The notes: generated by a model from the letters alone, not told the origin. A DNA stretch of 64,000 nt from Octopus vulgaris (GCA_951406725.2 OX597833.1:25420001-25484000); one strand, 5' to 3'. Counted from the stretch's first letter, positions 1 through 13,641 are shown. Made by a program: numbers and translations.

Positions 1-1254
1 CAAAGTAACATTCATGTACACAACTTGGACGGACACATGCCAGTACACGGACATACGTTCACATACACATACACATGTACACACTCTCACAGACACATCT
101 GCCCATTCTCCTAGACACTCACATACATACGTAGCACATGAATACAAACATACATACATACCTACGTATGGGCATACACACGTACATACGCACGTACATG
201 TACACACACACATACATGGGCACATGCACACGAGCGCGTATACATACATACGCACATGCGTACGTATGTACATACACACATACATACATACATACATACA
301 TACATACATACATACATACATACATACATACATACATACATACATACGCACATACATACATACGCACAATAGTAAAACAATAGTTCTGTGATATAGAGAT
401 AAAAATCTGATAATAGATTTTAGGGTATAGTTTTGGGAGTAAGCGTCATAAATCACTTTCTAGCTTCGGCCGTAGGAAGTTGAAATTTGATAGCTTTGTG
501 ATGAGTGGTCACTCTACATCCATCCATCGCTACAGGTTTATAGCTTTATGTTTTATAGAGTGTATGTGCGTGCATATACACACACATACATACATACATA
601 CATACATACATACATACATACATACATACATACATACATACATGCATACACAGGCGTATGTGCGTACATGCATACGTACATACATACACACATGTATGCA
701 TACATACACACATACATACGTACATATATATGACGAACTAACTGTTACTTTCTTAGATGCAGCACGGACTTTGTCAGTGAACAGGTCGCGGATTTTAGCG
801 ACGAAAATATTTTGACAAATTAAACTTAAATGTTGAAGTGAATCGGACGGCTTTTGTGTTTTTCTTAAATGGCTTATAAACACCTTCCACGCTGCAATTG
901 TTTTCGTTTCAGCACACGATCTCAGATCAAATTACTTGCTATGCGAGTACATCTCCGTAATATTTATATATTACATTTTTTATATATATATCATATCACT
1001 TAGATCATTAGCGCTTTCTCCCATTCTAGTGTTTGACTTAGTTTGATTTAAAAACCCTGTAACTACCGTAACGTGTTGAAGACGCAAATTCCGTACAGTA
1101 CAACGTTCATTTACATCATCGGCTTGGTGTTTTTCCAGATTCTCTATGTGTACCTAGCTACTATTGAGTCTAGCTGGTATGATCACTAATAAGCTTTAAG
1201 CTTATAATTTTTATTATTTACAGAATTTTCACTCGTCATTCCTTCTCCTTTTAA

Positions 1255-1309
<55 letters not shown>

Positions 1310-1310
<1 letters not shown>

Positions 1311-1530
1311 ATGTGTATGTGTGTGTATTTGTCCACCATCCCCACCATCACTTGGCAATCGATGTTGGTGTGATTCCATCCCCGTAACATAGCAGTTCGG
1401 CCTAAAAGGCTGACAGAATAAGTATCAGGTTTACAAAGAATAAGTCCCGGGGTCGATTTCTTCCATTGAGAGAAGGCCCTGCTCCAGCATGGCCACAGTC
1501 AAAATGACTGCAACAAATAAAAGAATAAAA
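1310..1530 (+). mobile_element. tRNA-derived SINE family A, 3' half
   Basis: Matches the 3' half of 27206-27607 (ccccgtaac..gcagttcgg..gaataagt..ctccagcatggccacagtc). Confidence 0.75.
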
Positions 1531-1569
1531 TAATATGCATACATACATACATACACACACACATATATG

Positions 1570-1600
<31 letters not shown>

Positions 1601-1849
1601 ATATATATATACATACATATATCTATATATACATATATATATACTTATATATATATATATATATATATATGGATAAGAAAGTTTGTTTGGTAAAGCACGT
1701 GGGTGAATATATAAGAAAATAGTAAAGTGTGAAAAAACGACAGAAGGCTTAAATGTTAAAAAATATATATATTTGTGTCAAAATGTCTGGAGAATATTGG
1801 AAACATTTTTTTCCCTTTCCTTAAAATGACATAATTTAAAACATTTTTT

Positions 1850-1889
1850 AAGAAATTACCGGTTTCGCGTGTAGCTTTTCAAATTTCTT
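1850..1889 (-). ncRNA. Minimal hammerhead ribozyme, inverted twin of 4505-4544
   Basis: Exact reverse complement of the + copy. Confidence 0.8.
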
Positions 1890-2025
1890 GTGACGTTATG
1901 TTTATATTGCATGGAATTATCGTTGTTTTTATTTCCAGGAGATTTCTAAATAAGGGGAGGTAGTGAGTGATTTTTTCCGGTGTAGGGGAGATAATCGCTT
2001 TAAAATTTTTTTTCCCTTTTCCTTG

Positions 2026-3223
2026 TTAATTTCTCTGTGTCAGTATGTTCGGATGGTTGAGTCTGGGTTTGTACTTTTCAATGAAGAATGTTTCCTTGTT
2101 CAGTCTCATTTGTGTTGATGATCCGAAAGCACATTGGTAAAATGGGAAGATTAAAAATTGTGGCAGTAGTTGCTTTGCGCATTTCTCAATGTGCTCACTA
2201 AAAGGTATCATTCTATATTCTGGGAATGCAATCTGTTGTCGATGCAGTGTGCATCTGCGCCTGAGTGATAGTCCCGTGGAACCCACGTAGTCTTGGTGGC
2301 AGCCCGAGCATTTAATAACATAAATTATGTTTTCAGAGGCACAAGTAAAGTTAGATTTGATCTTAAATTTCTGTCCCTCTTTAAAGAAGAATTCTGATCC
2401 TTCCAATAGGTTAGGACATGTTGCACAGTTCGATCTACCACATTTTTTTACTTTTGCATCCGTAATTTTAGAAGACAATTTTGCCTTTGTGAGAATCTTT
2501 TTAAGTGATTTAGGCTGTTTGTAGCTTTTAATGATTTGGTGTATGTTTAGAATTTCCTTTAATTTTGGGTTTTTATGAAGTATTGGTAAATTCTGGGTGA
2601 TGATGGTGAAGGCTTCTTTGTTTCTGGGGTTGTATGTAGATATGTAAGGTAGTATTTTCGGGGAAGGTGTGTTGTTGTGTTGAACTTTTCTTAAAGTTTC
2701 TATGTTGATTTCTGTTGCACGTCTGATCCCATCCTCTATGAGTTGAGCTGGGTAATGTCTGTCAATTAGGGTGTTTTTGAGTTCTTGCAGTCTAAAGTTC
2801 CTGGTATTTTGTTCTGACACTATTGTGCATATCCTTCTTGCAAGGTTGAAGGGGATGTTTGTTTTAGTGTGTCTTGGGTGGCATGAATTAAAAGAAGGTA
2901 TTGTTTGGCGTCTGTGGCTTTGTAAAAAATGTCTGTTTCTATTTTAAGGTTAATTTTTTTAATTAGTATATCCAAGAACGGGAGCTCCTTTTGGTTGTAT
3001 TCCATTGTGAACTGTATATTTGGGTTTATGCTGTTCAATAGGTTTTTAAATTTTAGGAGTTTATCTATGTTTTCATTCCAGAGAATGAAACAATCGTCTA
3101 GGAATCTTTTCCAATTCTCTTTTATGTATTGAGAGAGGGAGTTTCCAAAGATTGATAGAGATTCCTGGTAAATGATTATTTCCATGTATCCCATTGTTAA
3201 GTTCGCAATGACTGGTGCTGCCC
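2026..3223 (-). pseudogene. Inverted PLE RT/GIY-YIG copy with a 1-nt frameshift near 2890
   Basis: ORFs 2820..3194 and 2026..2820 together give the same protein. It extends further 5' (RAAPVIANLTMGYME) and keeps IY in NIIYVIKC. Confidence 0.88.
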
Positions 3224-3224
3224 T

Positions 3225-4370
3225 TACCAGGAATCTCTATCAATCTTTGGAAACTCCCTCTCTCAATACATAAAAGAGAATTGGAAAAGATTCCTAGACG
3301 ATTGTTTCATTCTCTGGAATGAAAACATAGATAAACTCCTAAAATTTAAAAACCTATTGAACAGCATAAACCCAAATATACAGTTCACAATGGAATACAA
3401 CCAAAAGGAGCTCCCGTTCTTGGATATACTAATTAAAAAAATTAACCTTAAAATAGAAACAGACATTTTTTACAAAGCCACAGACGCCAAACAATACCTT
3501 CTTTTTAATTCATGCCACCCAAGACACACTAAAACAAACATCCCCTTCAACCTTGCAAGAAGGATATGCACAATAGTGTCAGAACAAAATACCAGGAACT
3601 TTAGACTGCAAGAACTCAAAAACACCCTAATTGACAGACATTACCCAGCTCAACTCATAGAGGATGGGATCAGACGTGCAACAGAAATCAACATAGAAAC
3701 TTTAAGAAAAGTTCAACACAACAACACACCTTCCCCGAAAATACTACCTTACATATCTACATACAACCCCAGAAACAAAGAAGCCTTCACCATCATCACC
3801 CAGAATTTACCAATACTTCATAAAAACCCAAAATTAAAGGAAATTCTAAACATACACCAAATCATTAAAAGCTACAAACAGCCTAAATCACTTAAAAAGA
3901 TTCTCACAAAGGCAAAATTGTCTTCTAAAATTACGGATGCAAAAGTAAAAAAATGTGGTAGATCGAACTGTGCAACATGTCCTAACCTATTGGAAGGATC
4001 AGAATTCTTCTTTAAAGAGGGACAGAAATTTAAGATCAAATCTAACTTTACTTGTGCCTCTGAAAACATAATTCATGTTATTAAATGCTCGGGCTGCCAC
4101 CAAGACTACGTGGGTTCCACGGGACTATCACTCAGGCGCAGATGCACACTGCATCGACAACAGATTGCATTCCCAGAATATAGAATGATACCTTTTAGTG
4201 AGCACATTGAGAAATGCGCAAAGCAACTACTGCCACAATTTTTAATCTTCCCATTTTACCAATGTGCTTTCGGATCATCAACACAAATGAGACTGAACAA
4301 GGAAACATTCTTCATTGAAAAGTACAAACCCAGACTCAACCATCCGAACATACTGACACAGAGAAATTAA
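3225..4370 (+). CDS. 5'-truncated PLE polyprotein: RT (RFLDDCF, LPFLDI, FYKATD..YL..SCHP), CxxxxCxxC knuckle, GIY-YIG endonuclease with CCHH
   Basis: Open frame from 3225 (YQESL...), covering track ORF 3357..4370. Motifs CGRSNCATC, NIIHVIKCSGCHQDYVGSTG, LHRQQI...SEHIEKC, KETFFIEKYKPRLN. The Cys knuckle between RT and endonuclease resembles Neptune/Nematis-type PLEs. No start codon. Confidence 0.88.
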   Translation, partial: YQESLSIFGNSLSQYIKENWKRFLDDCFILWNENIDKLLKFKNLLNSINPNIQFTMEYNQKELPFLDILIKKINLKIETDIFYKATDAKQYLLFNSCHPRHTKTNIPFNLARRICTIVSEQNTRNFRLQELKNTLIDRHYPAQLIEDGIRRATEINIETLRKVQHNNTPSPKILPYISTYNPRNKEAFTIITQNLPILHKNPKLKEILNIHQIIKSYKQPKSLKKILTKAKLSSKITDAKVKKCGRSNCATCPNLLEGSEFFFKEGQKFKIKSNFTCASENIIHVIKCSGCHQDYVGSTGLSLRRRCTLHRQQIAFPEYRMIPFSEHIEKCAKQLLPQFLIFPFYQCAFGSSTQMRLNKETFFIEKYKPRLNHPNILTQRN

Positions 4371-4504
4371 CAAGGAAAAGGGAAAAAATTTTAAAGCGAT
4401 TATCTCCCCTACACCGGAAAAAATCACTCACTACCTCCCCTTATTTAGAAATCTCCTGGAAATAAAAACAACGATAATTCCATGCAATATAAACATAACG
4501 TCAC

Positions 4505-4544
4505 AAGAAATTTGAAAAGCTACACGCGAAACCGGTAATTTCTT
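4505..4544 (+). ncRNA. Minimal type I hammerhead ribozyme, U3/A8 core variant, in the PLE 3' UTR
   Basis: AAGAAAT-TTGAAAA-GC tacac GC-GAAA-CCG-GTA^ATTTCTT: 7-bp stem I, palindromic ACCGGT stem III, GUA cleavage triplet. Confidence 0.8.
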
Positions 4545-4698
4545 AAAAAATGTTTTAAATTATGTCATTTTAAGGAAAGGGAAAAAAAATGTTTCCAATA
4601 TTCTCCAGACATTTTGACACAAATATATATATTTTTTAACATTTAAGCGTTCTGTCGTTTTTTCACACTTTACTATTTTCTTATATATATATATATGT

Positions 4699-4741
<43 letters not shown>

Positions 4742-4745
4742 CATG

Positions 4746-4824
<79 letters not shown>

Positions 4825-5636
4825 TTTATCTTTTATATGTACATACATACAATAGAATACATGCAAACACACATGCATAGATACAGGGACATAGACACAA
4901 GCTCAAATATATGCATACATAAAACTATTTTCGACGTGTACATCATTGTGTAGCTGCGCACGCATGTGTGCTTCACTATGAACTGAATGAACAATAATCA
5001 CTCTCCTCTCTGTGACCTGGAATCTTAAGAAGGCAAGATAACATATACATACAGAATTCAAAATCGCATAAGAATTAATATCACTTTTAGAATTTTTTCT
5101 AACTGAACTGAATACCAAATTATCGATTATTTCTCTCGTTTATTCTCTTTAACGCCCTTTCTCATTTTCTCGATATCTCACGTTCTCTCTCTCTCTCTCA
5201 CTCTCTCTCTCTCTCTCTCTCTGTGTCTTTAATTCTCGTGTTTATCTCAGACATACGTCACGTCTCTAACTTTAAATTTCTGTATCGATATATCTACTCA
5301 TTTGCATACCATCACGCACACATGTACTCAGTTAAGCTCTGCCTCAGCGACGGTTATACAGGGACACAGATGTAAATGGTGGTGGAGACATTAGTTTCAG
5401 TTGCTATTCCAAGTCTCGCCTAGACTCACCCATCGCAAGTGGATTCGCGAGGATTTTGGAAGTTCGGTGTAAGGGCAGAATATAATCTTAGATATCTAAT
5501 CATGATGATAGAGATGTTGGCGATGATGATGATGATGATGATGTTGATAATGATGATGACGAGGACGACGATGATGATGATAAGACGAAGTAAATAGACT
5601 ACTTTTTCTCTTCATCGTCAATTCAATGTTACATGC

Positions 5637-5667
<31 letters not shown>

Positions 5668-5852
5668 GATCGATCTATCTATCTATCTATCTATCTCTCT
5701 CTATATATATATACATGTTTATATGTGCATGTGAGCGTGCATACATATGTATATATGCATATACACGCACAAAACACACAAACACATACACAAATACTCA
5801 CGCGCGCAGACATATATGTATATGTGTATATATGTGTGTATATATATATATA

Positions 5853-5990
<138 letters not shown>

Positions 5991-6210
5991 GGCGCCGGCG
6001 CGGCTCTGTGCTTAAGATACCTATATTGCAATCACGTTTGAGTCCTACTACGTAGAACCTGTAGCCTCGAGCCGAATAATGCCTTGTGGTTGCATTTGGT
6101 AGAGGAAGACAATGAGGACACATGACGTGTCTATATGTATATATATGTGTGTGTGAGTGAGTGTATGTGCGTCTATATGTATGTTGTATATATATATATA
6201 TATATGTATG

Positions 6211-6242
<32 letters not shown>

Positions 6243-6328
6243 TATATACATTATATATACATATATATATAATAATTAAATAGTAAATAATAATAGTATA
6301 TAATAATAATATATATATAATAATATAT

Positions 6329-7108
<780 letters not shown>

Positions 7109-7383
7109 GATAATAATAATAATATTAGGGGATATAAGTCCAAACTTATAGGATTTAGTATTAAATCAAATTTCGCAATATAAATATATAATATATATGA
7201 ATGAGAGAAAAACCATTATTATGTAATTCAAACAATGATAGACATAAAACATATCATATAGAAAAAATAAAATATATGATGAAACATTTATCTAGATCAC
7301 AAAAAGTACATAATAATAAATAAACAGTATGTAATAAGTAGTATATAATAAGTATATAATAAATAATATATAATAATTCTCTA

Positions 7384-7449
<66 letters not shown>

Positions 7450-7579
7450 GCATATATGGGTAAAGAACATCCCCAGCCGTTCAAACAACATGAAATATAT
7501 GAAAATACGGGTTGAATACATAAAGAGAAAAAAATGTAGAACAGGACAAATAAACACAGAGAAAGGGCCCTTCATCAGT

Positions 7580-8005
7580 CTGGCAACAGGACTTTGCACC
7601 ATACCACACAAGCAGGAGAACCCAGTCATTGCTCTCAGACAATTTCTGTGACTACATAACCCCTAAAATCTGCCCACTTAACTCCCCATAGTGTAACCCC
7701 CTTGGTTATTGTGTGGGGAGCAGTTGAACAAGTGACCAAGAAAACTCCATGTAATACCAAAGATGAACTGAAGGCAAGGATTATGGCAGCAATCACCGGA
7801 ATAAGCAAGGAAGACTTCAAGAAGAGTTCCTGGGGATTCCGAAGTTGTCTGGAGGCCATGATTGAAGCCAATGGCGATTTTATTTTATAAATTTACTCTA
7901 TAGTATTTCAAGATATTTGTGTAATTTTGGTAGGTGTATCTGTTAAAATGAGATGTCAGTGCAATTTTCATTTTTGCGTAACTTAGACAACAATATATTT
8001 ACCGA
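7580..8005 (+). mobile_element. Tc1/mariner (DD37D/maT-like) 3' fragment
   Basis: Translates to ..VWGAVEQVTKKTPCNTKDELKARIMAA..FRSCLEAMIEANGDFI. Same family as 48074-48935. Confidence 0.75.
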
Positions 8006-8035
8006 AATCTGCATATATATATATATATATATATA

Positions 8036-8452
8036 CGACGTAAAGTTTACTAGCTATCTGAATGTGGCTAGCCACTGGGGTTGGGTGTTACTGAAGCTTA
8101 TAGCCCCAGGAGATCATCGTCTCCAGCTGGCTTTAGACACACTTTCTGTGCCCTTCTGATATTCGCAAACAGGTCACTCCAATCGAAAATCGGTGATTAC
8201 CGTACGTTGACGAGAGGCAAGTACTTCGAAACTATAGTCCGTATGTATTACTTAGGTTTTCGAGAGGGGATGACCTCCCTTTGCGAATATCAGAAGGGCA
8301 CAGAAAGTGTGTCTAAAGCCAGATGGAGACGATGATCTCCTGGGGATATAAGCTTCAGTAACACCCACCCCCAGTGGCTAGCCACATTCAGATGGCTAGT
8401 ACACTTTACGTTGTCGAGTGGTTACTGTTTACATCTCGTTCGGAGATTTATT
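8036..8452. mobile_element. Fold-back element: ~135 bp inverted arms around a hammerhead ribozyme, in (TA)n
   Basis: Arms ~8037-8175 and ~8271-8411 are reverse complements. A solo copy of the arm lies at ~29102-29240. Confidence 0.8.
8201..8245 (+). ncRNA. Minimal type I hammerhead ribozyme
   Basis: CGTACG-TTGACGA-GAGG caagta CTTC-GAAA-CTATA-GTC^CGTATG: 6-bp stem I, palindromic ACTATAGT, GUC triplet. C3 is replaced by U. Confidence 0.72.
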
Positions 8453-8465
8453 ATATATATATATA

Positions 8466-8605
8466 TTCTGTTATTCTTTTACATGTTCCAGTCGTTTGAC
8501 TGCGACCATTTTTGGGTACTGCCTTTTGACGAACCGCTATGTTACGTGGACGTAATTACACCAACATCGTTTGTCAAGCGATGGCGTTGGACAAACACAC
8601 ACACA

Positions 8606-8642
<37 letters not shown>

Positions 8643-8842
8643 ATAAATATATACATGTATATATGTGTACGAAGGGTTTCTCTTAGTATCCGTTTACCAA
8701 ATCTACTGAGGCTTCGGTCGGCCCGTGGCTATATTAGAAGATAATAAAGGTGCCACGCAGTGGAACTGAACACGGCACCATGTGGTTGATAAACAGCGTC
8801 TTGCCACACAATCACAGCTCTGTTCTATGAGCCACGCCTGCG
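8466..8842 (-). mobile_element. tRNA-derived SINE family A, diverged copy
   Basis: Reverse-complement similarity to 27206-27607 across head, internal microsatellite and tail. Confidence 0.75.
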
Positions 8843-8979
8843 TATTATAAGCAACGGCTGCGTAGTATAAGCCAAGCCTACGCACCATATATTTTTTGTG
8901 TCCGTACCTGCCCGCGCGCGCGTTTGTGTCTATGTATAAACCTATATATATGTATATATATATATATACATACATACAT

Positions 8980-9015
<36 letters not shown>

Positions 9016-9019
<4 letters not shown>

Positions 9020-9165
9020 AAAATTATAATTTAGGGTATCTAAAAGATACCACCACGCTGGAAATAGCAGACAAAATTTGACTCTAAAGCCACTTTAAAA
9101 GTTTTGGCTGCTATTTCCAGCGTTATAATATCTCTTAGATGCCCTAAATTATAATTTTACTAATA
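9016..9165. repeat. ~145 bp palindrome / MITE-like hairpin
   Basis: aaaattataatttagggtatctaa..acgctggaaatagcagacaaaa pairs with ttttggctgctatttccagcgt..ttagatgccctaaattataatttt. Confidence 0.75.
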
Positions 9166-9281
9166 ATTATTACATTTGAAGGTTTTTATTCCTATGCTGG
9201 CTACCCGATAAGATCTGTATTTAAATAACGATCTTATCCATATTGATACATATATATATATATATACATGTATATATACGA

Positions 9282-9318
<37 letters not shown>

Positions 9319-10339
9319 TACATATGTATATATATACATACATAAATACATATATATATATATACATACATACATATATATATATGTGTATGTGTGTGTG
9401 TGTGTATATGGGGGCTCATTTATAAATGCGCGCACATACACATCGGCAAGAAATTTAGAGAGCGAAATAATGAGAATAGGAGCAGACCGTCATAGATGAG
9501 ATTTGGTGTAGTCTTATCATGTGAGAAAGGTGATAGAAATGATGTACAAAAGTTAATCTGGTCTGAGAGTCATGCAAAGGAGTCGGTTGTAATTAATTAC
9601 GTGCCTGCATGAACTTTCTTTCGGAAAAATGCCATTGTAAAATTGGAAGAATTTCCTCGCTTAAAGATGTTGTCAATTTACATCAATCTTATGTGACCCT
9701 AGGTTCATGTGACGAGAGATGATTCTAAAATCATAATCGGAGAAATATTGCAATTATTCTTTGATACGTTTATATCTCGTAAATTGGGAAGCTGCGAAAA
9801 TCATTTATTCTTGAATGCATTTCGCCTAACAGAAATGGGCTCAACATCAAATTCATATCGAAATCAAATTTAATATCTTGATGGACTTATATAAACCAAT
9901 AAATACTTAACAATGTAGATTGTTATAATGTTATGAAATCCTACATATGCCCTCCGTATTAGCGAAAATTATATTGCAAATTGCAATATGTAAATATATT
10001 TACATTCATTTCGAGCGCAATACGTACAAATCGTCATACGTGACGTTGACGAGTTACAAATCAGTAACCGTCTCACATGGTAATACAAATGATGAAATTT
10101 GTCATTGATGCATGCCCGAATTTCGGTAGGGGGATAATAAGGAGCTGAACTCACCTAGTAAATAAACGGGTTTATATTTGAAAAATGATAAATGATGCCC
10201 TCTGAATAGAAGAAATTCCTAAGAGTGGTAAAACTGTTTATATGGGAAAGTTCCATTTATGAAAATTCCATATGCAGCAGAAAATTGGTAAAATTATCTG
10301 ATACGCGGAAAGTCTCAGTGCTCTCCTCAATTCGTGCTG

Positions 10340-11060
10340 GAAGATGGTTATGTAGTAAGAAGTTTGCTTCCCAATCACATGGCTTCAGGTTCAGATCCCA
10401 CGGCATGGCACCTTAGACAAGTATCTTCTACTGCAACATTTACTAAAACCTTGTGCGTAGATGACACCAAATGAAGCCCGCCGAATATAAATAGGTAGAA
10501 AAAATAGTATTCGAATGCCGAAAGTAGGAGTATAAGTTGCTTTTTTTCCCTTAAAGCTGCAAAAATATCAGAAAATTGTTACTCAGAGTTTCACGCATCC
10601 GTTCTTCGGGAAGTTATTTCCATTTGTCGGACAGTCTTGATCACAGCTGTGTGATGAATGGAAACGTGAAGCACTGAGTAACAATTTTGTGAGGTTTTTA
10701 CAGCTTTAAGATATATATATATATGTATGCATGTATGTATGTATGTATGTATGTATGTATGTATGTATGTATGTATGTATGTATGTATGTATGCATGTAT
10801 GTATGTATGTATGTATGTATGTATGTATGTATGTATGTATGTGTGTCTTTGTGTGTGGCCTTTGTATCCTACCACCGCTTGACAACCAGTGTCTTGGTTT
10901 GTCTTTGACTCTCTAATTTAGCGATTCTGCAATGCCCTCTCCCCAATAGAATGAGCACCAGGCTTAAAAATAAATACTATTGTCGATCTATTCAACTAAA
11001 AACTCTCCACGGCAGTGGTGTCCCAGAATGACCGAAGTTTAATGACTGAAACAGGCAAGG
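10340..11060 (+). mobile_element. SINE family A, diverged, interrupted at its internal microsatellite
   Basis: Head at 10340-10490 and tail at 10840-11060. A fold-back element sits between them. Confidence 0.65.
10500..10710. mobile_element. Fold-back element with two decayed hammerhead cores
   Basis: 10551-10608 is inverted against 10652-10709. + copy: TGT-GTGATGA-ATG gaaa CGT-GAAG-CACTGA-GTA-ACA. - copy: CCGAAGA-ACG gatg CGT-GAAA-CTCTGA-GTA-ACA. Confidence 0.62.
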
Positions 11061-11074
11061 TGTTTATAAATATA

Positions 11075-11390
11075 TAGGTTTGTAAGTATTACAGCACCAG
11101 ATCTATTCACAAGATTTAGCACATGCGGACTTCCATCTTTTCCCTAAGATGAAAGTACAGTTCAAAAGTCAGCGTTTTAACACCGTTGTCACGAACCGCA
11201 GAAAGACCACGACTCGCTTACGAGAATGACTTCCAAGCCAGATTCCAAAAGTGGCAGGAACGCAGGTACCGGTGCATTGTTACACAAGGTGACTATTTCT
11301 AAGGACATGATATTAAAACTTAGTTAAAACCAAGTTATTTTTAATCAGACATAACTAGTTCGGGAACATTTCGAAACCATTTCGGTACGC
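11075..11390 (+). mobile_element. mariner transposase 3' fragment
   Basis: tattcacaagatttagcacatgcggacttccatcttttccctaagatgaaa = YSQDLAHADFHLFPKMK, the YSPDLAPxDF motif. Confidence 0.7.
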
Positions 11391-12996
11391 ATAAGTGAGT
11401 GATTGGATAAAAGAAACCGTCAACAATGCAAAGATACACATTGTATTTGAAATAAATGTTATCCATTGCAGTCTATTGACATTTTGGGCACTCGACTCCT
11501 TCTCTTGGGAATATAAACGAAGACAAAGTTGAAACAAATCATAAATCCATTCTAGCGAGTACAGAAGCCAGTAAGAATGTATACGTAATCCCTCCACCGA
11601 TATTTACTCAGACCCGGGTATAGAAATACATATATATGTATAAATACTTAATATACATACGCACGTACAGACATACATACTCACAATTACACACACATGC
11701 ATATATGTTCTGAAATCCGTGTTCCTTGGAACCCTTATTTTTGTCTGCTGGCATAAAAACTAATTAACTTTTGCAACAATTTTCTGTAACTCTTTGAAAG
11801 AGGTCACTGAATTTTGTTTGGCAACAAAAGAGTTTCTGTTTAATAATCGTTGAAAGTACTAGGTGTTAACTCAAGAACGCGAAACTATGTGAAACTGCCA
11901 TTATGTAATAACTGATATCATGAAAGATGAAGTTGTCCAACCATTTACTATGTCTGAGAGTGAGGTTATATTATTGAAACAAAATAAACTTCAGAGAAAT
12001 GTGTAATGCAATAATTAGGTTTGTGAGAAAAATATATAAACAGTATAATATAATATTTATAGTCATAAAATAAAGTAGTTTCACTGACGTCTAGTCTAGA
12101 CACCGCTATTTGCATTGGAAATATGACTGAAGTGATATCGTAAAGAATAATCTAGTATCAAAACCTATAAAATAATATTTTTTATGATCTAGTCATGAGA
12201 AGCGGCCATGAACTCTGTACACCTTTCAAATCCGGAAAGATTGATGTGGGTAATATTCACCTTGAACATTAGAAAGTCAAATGTCTTCAGGTAGAACATT
12301 AGTGTGAAGAATATTTCTGGGTGTTGACTCTCAGAGATTGCGTGTAGTTATTTATGCAGATCCGCCTTACTCACAGAGCGGTTTGAGACGCTCTATATGT
12401 GAGAAGCGTAGAATCTCGACTCTGCTCATGGTGCGTCTCATGTAGCACGTAACGTGAAGATGATATCCACCTGACAAGCTCCGAAGGACAGAGACCGTTG
12501 TAGCTGTGATAGGAAGTGGTTTTTTTAAGTGCGAGAAAGAATGAAATATACAGATGAGTTAACTTTGTTGATCAGTGGTCTGGCTTTCTGTGAGATGTGA
12601 TCAGAGCATGTGTGTGCGTATCAGCAGCACGTTCACAGATGTGTCAGTGAAGCAATATTACACTCAATGCTTGTCCCATTGAGCTATTAGTACCCCTTTC
12701 TTATCGGTAGAAGTACCTTGTGTTAATGTATTCTGATAAATGAGAAGCATGTGCCTAAATGTACAAAACAACTGAGTAAAAAATATGGCTGTCGGCATCC
12801 TCTAGAAGAAAGTTTTTGTTAGAAACTTGTCCATTACATTTGCTCGTATACGAGGAAAAGAATATTATTAAGAACATTATAACCTGAAACACGATGGTAA
12901 AATATAATAAACAAGGCTGCAAGCTCACAAACCTCCATCAATCCATCCATCCATCCATCCATCCATCCATCCATCCATCCATTCATATATACATAC

Positions 12997-13081
<85 letters not shown>

Positions 13082-13579
13082 CCAATAACATTAGTCGTAA
13101 AATAGAAGTATGTCATCGCATTTTAAATATACATATATTGTTGGCGGGAAATATTTTTGTAGATTTCGTGAATTTCAAAATAATAACACAAACCATATTA
13201 AAAAATGTGTTGTAATACTTGTAAGATATATAGACGTTTCACTGGGACCGCGGGTATACATTCAATTCTTATTTTTTACTGATTTAACTTATGGGACTTT
13301 GGGCCGCGTTGTGCAAATTCTTCAGCTGGTTGCTCTCTCATTTCGACTTCACTAATTGTTCCAGTCGACTGCATATTTTATCGAACATCATTTGTCAGTC
13401 CATGAGGTTACGGAACATAGGACAGATGCATATGTACAGATAAAATCACACATACTGTCATTATTAAGTATAATATATAAATGTATATATGAGTGTTTGC
13501 GTGTGTGTATGTGTATTTGTTTATATAAGGCATGCGCAAGTTCGTATCTATCTATCTATCTATCTATATATATATATAT

Positions 13580-13641
<62 letters not shown>

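Larger units (their letters stand above)
1671..4687. mobile_element. Penelope-like retroelement, head-to-head inverted pair of 5'-truncated copies in a (TA)n tract
   Basis: Arms ~1706-3171 (-) and 3224-4687 (+) are near-identical reverse complements around a ~52 nt spacer. Both encode PLE RT C-terminus plus GIY-YIG. Both outer ends abut (TA)n. Confidence 0.93.

Noticed and set aside
14-883. Many ORFs of [12 protein letters not shown]/poly-I/L/N type here and throughout the window
   Set aside because: They are translations of microsatellites lacking stops in some frames, with no coding evidence.
730-960. Complex insert between microsatellites
   Set aside because: Probably an interspersed repeat, but no second copy, TIR or motif in this window supports a call.
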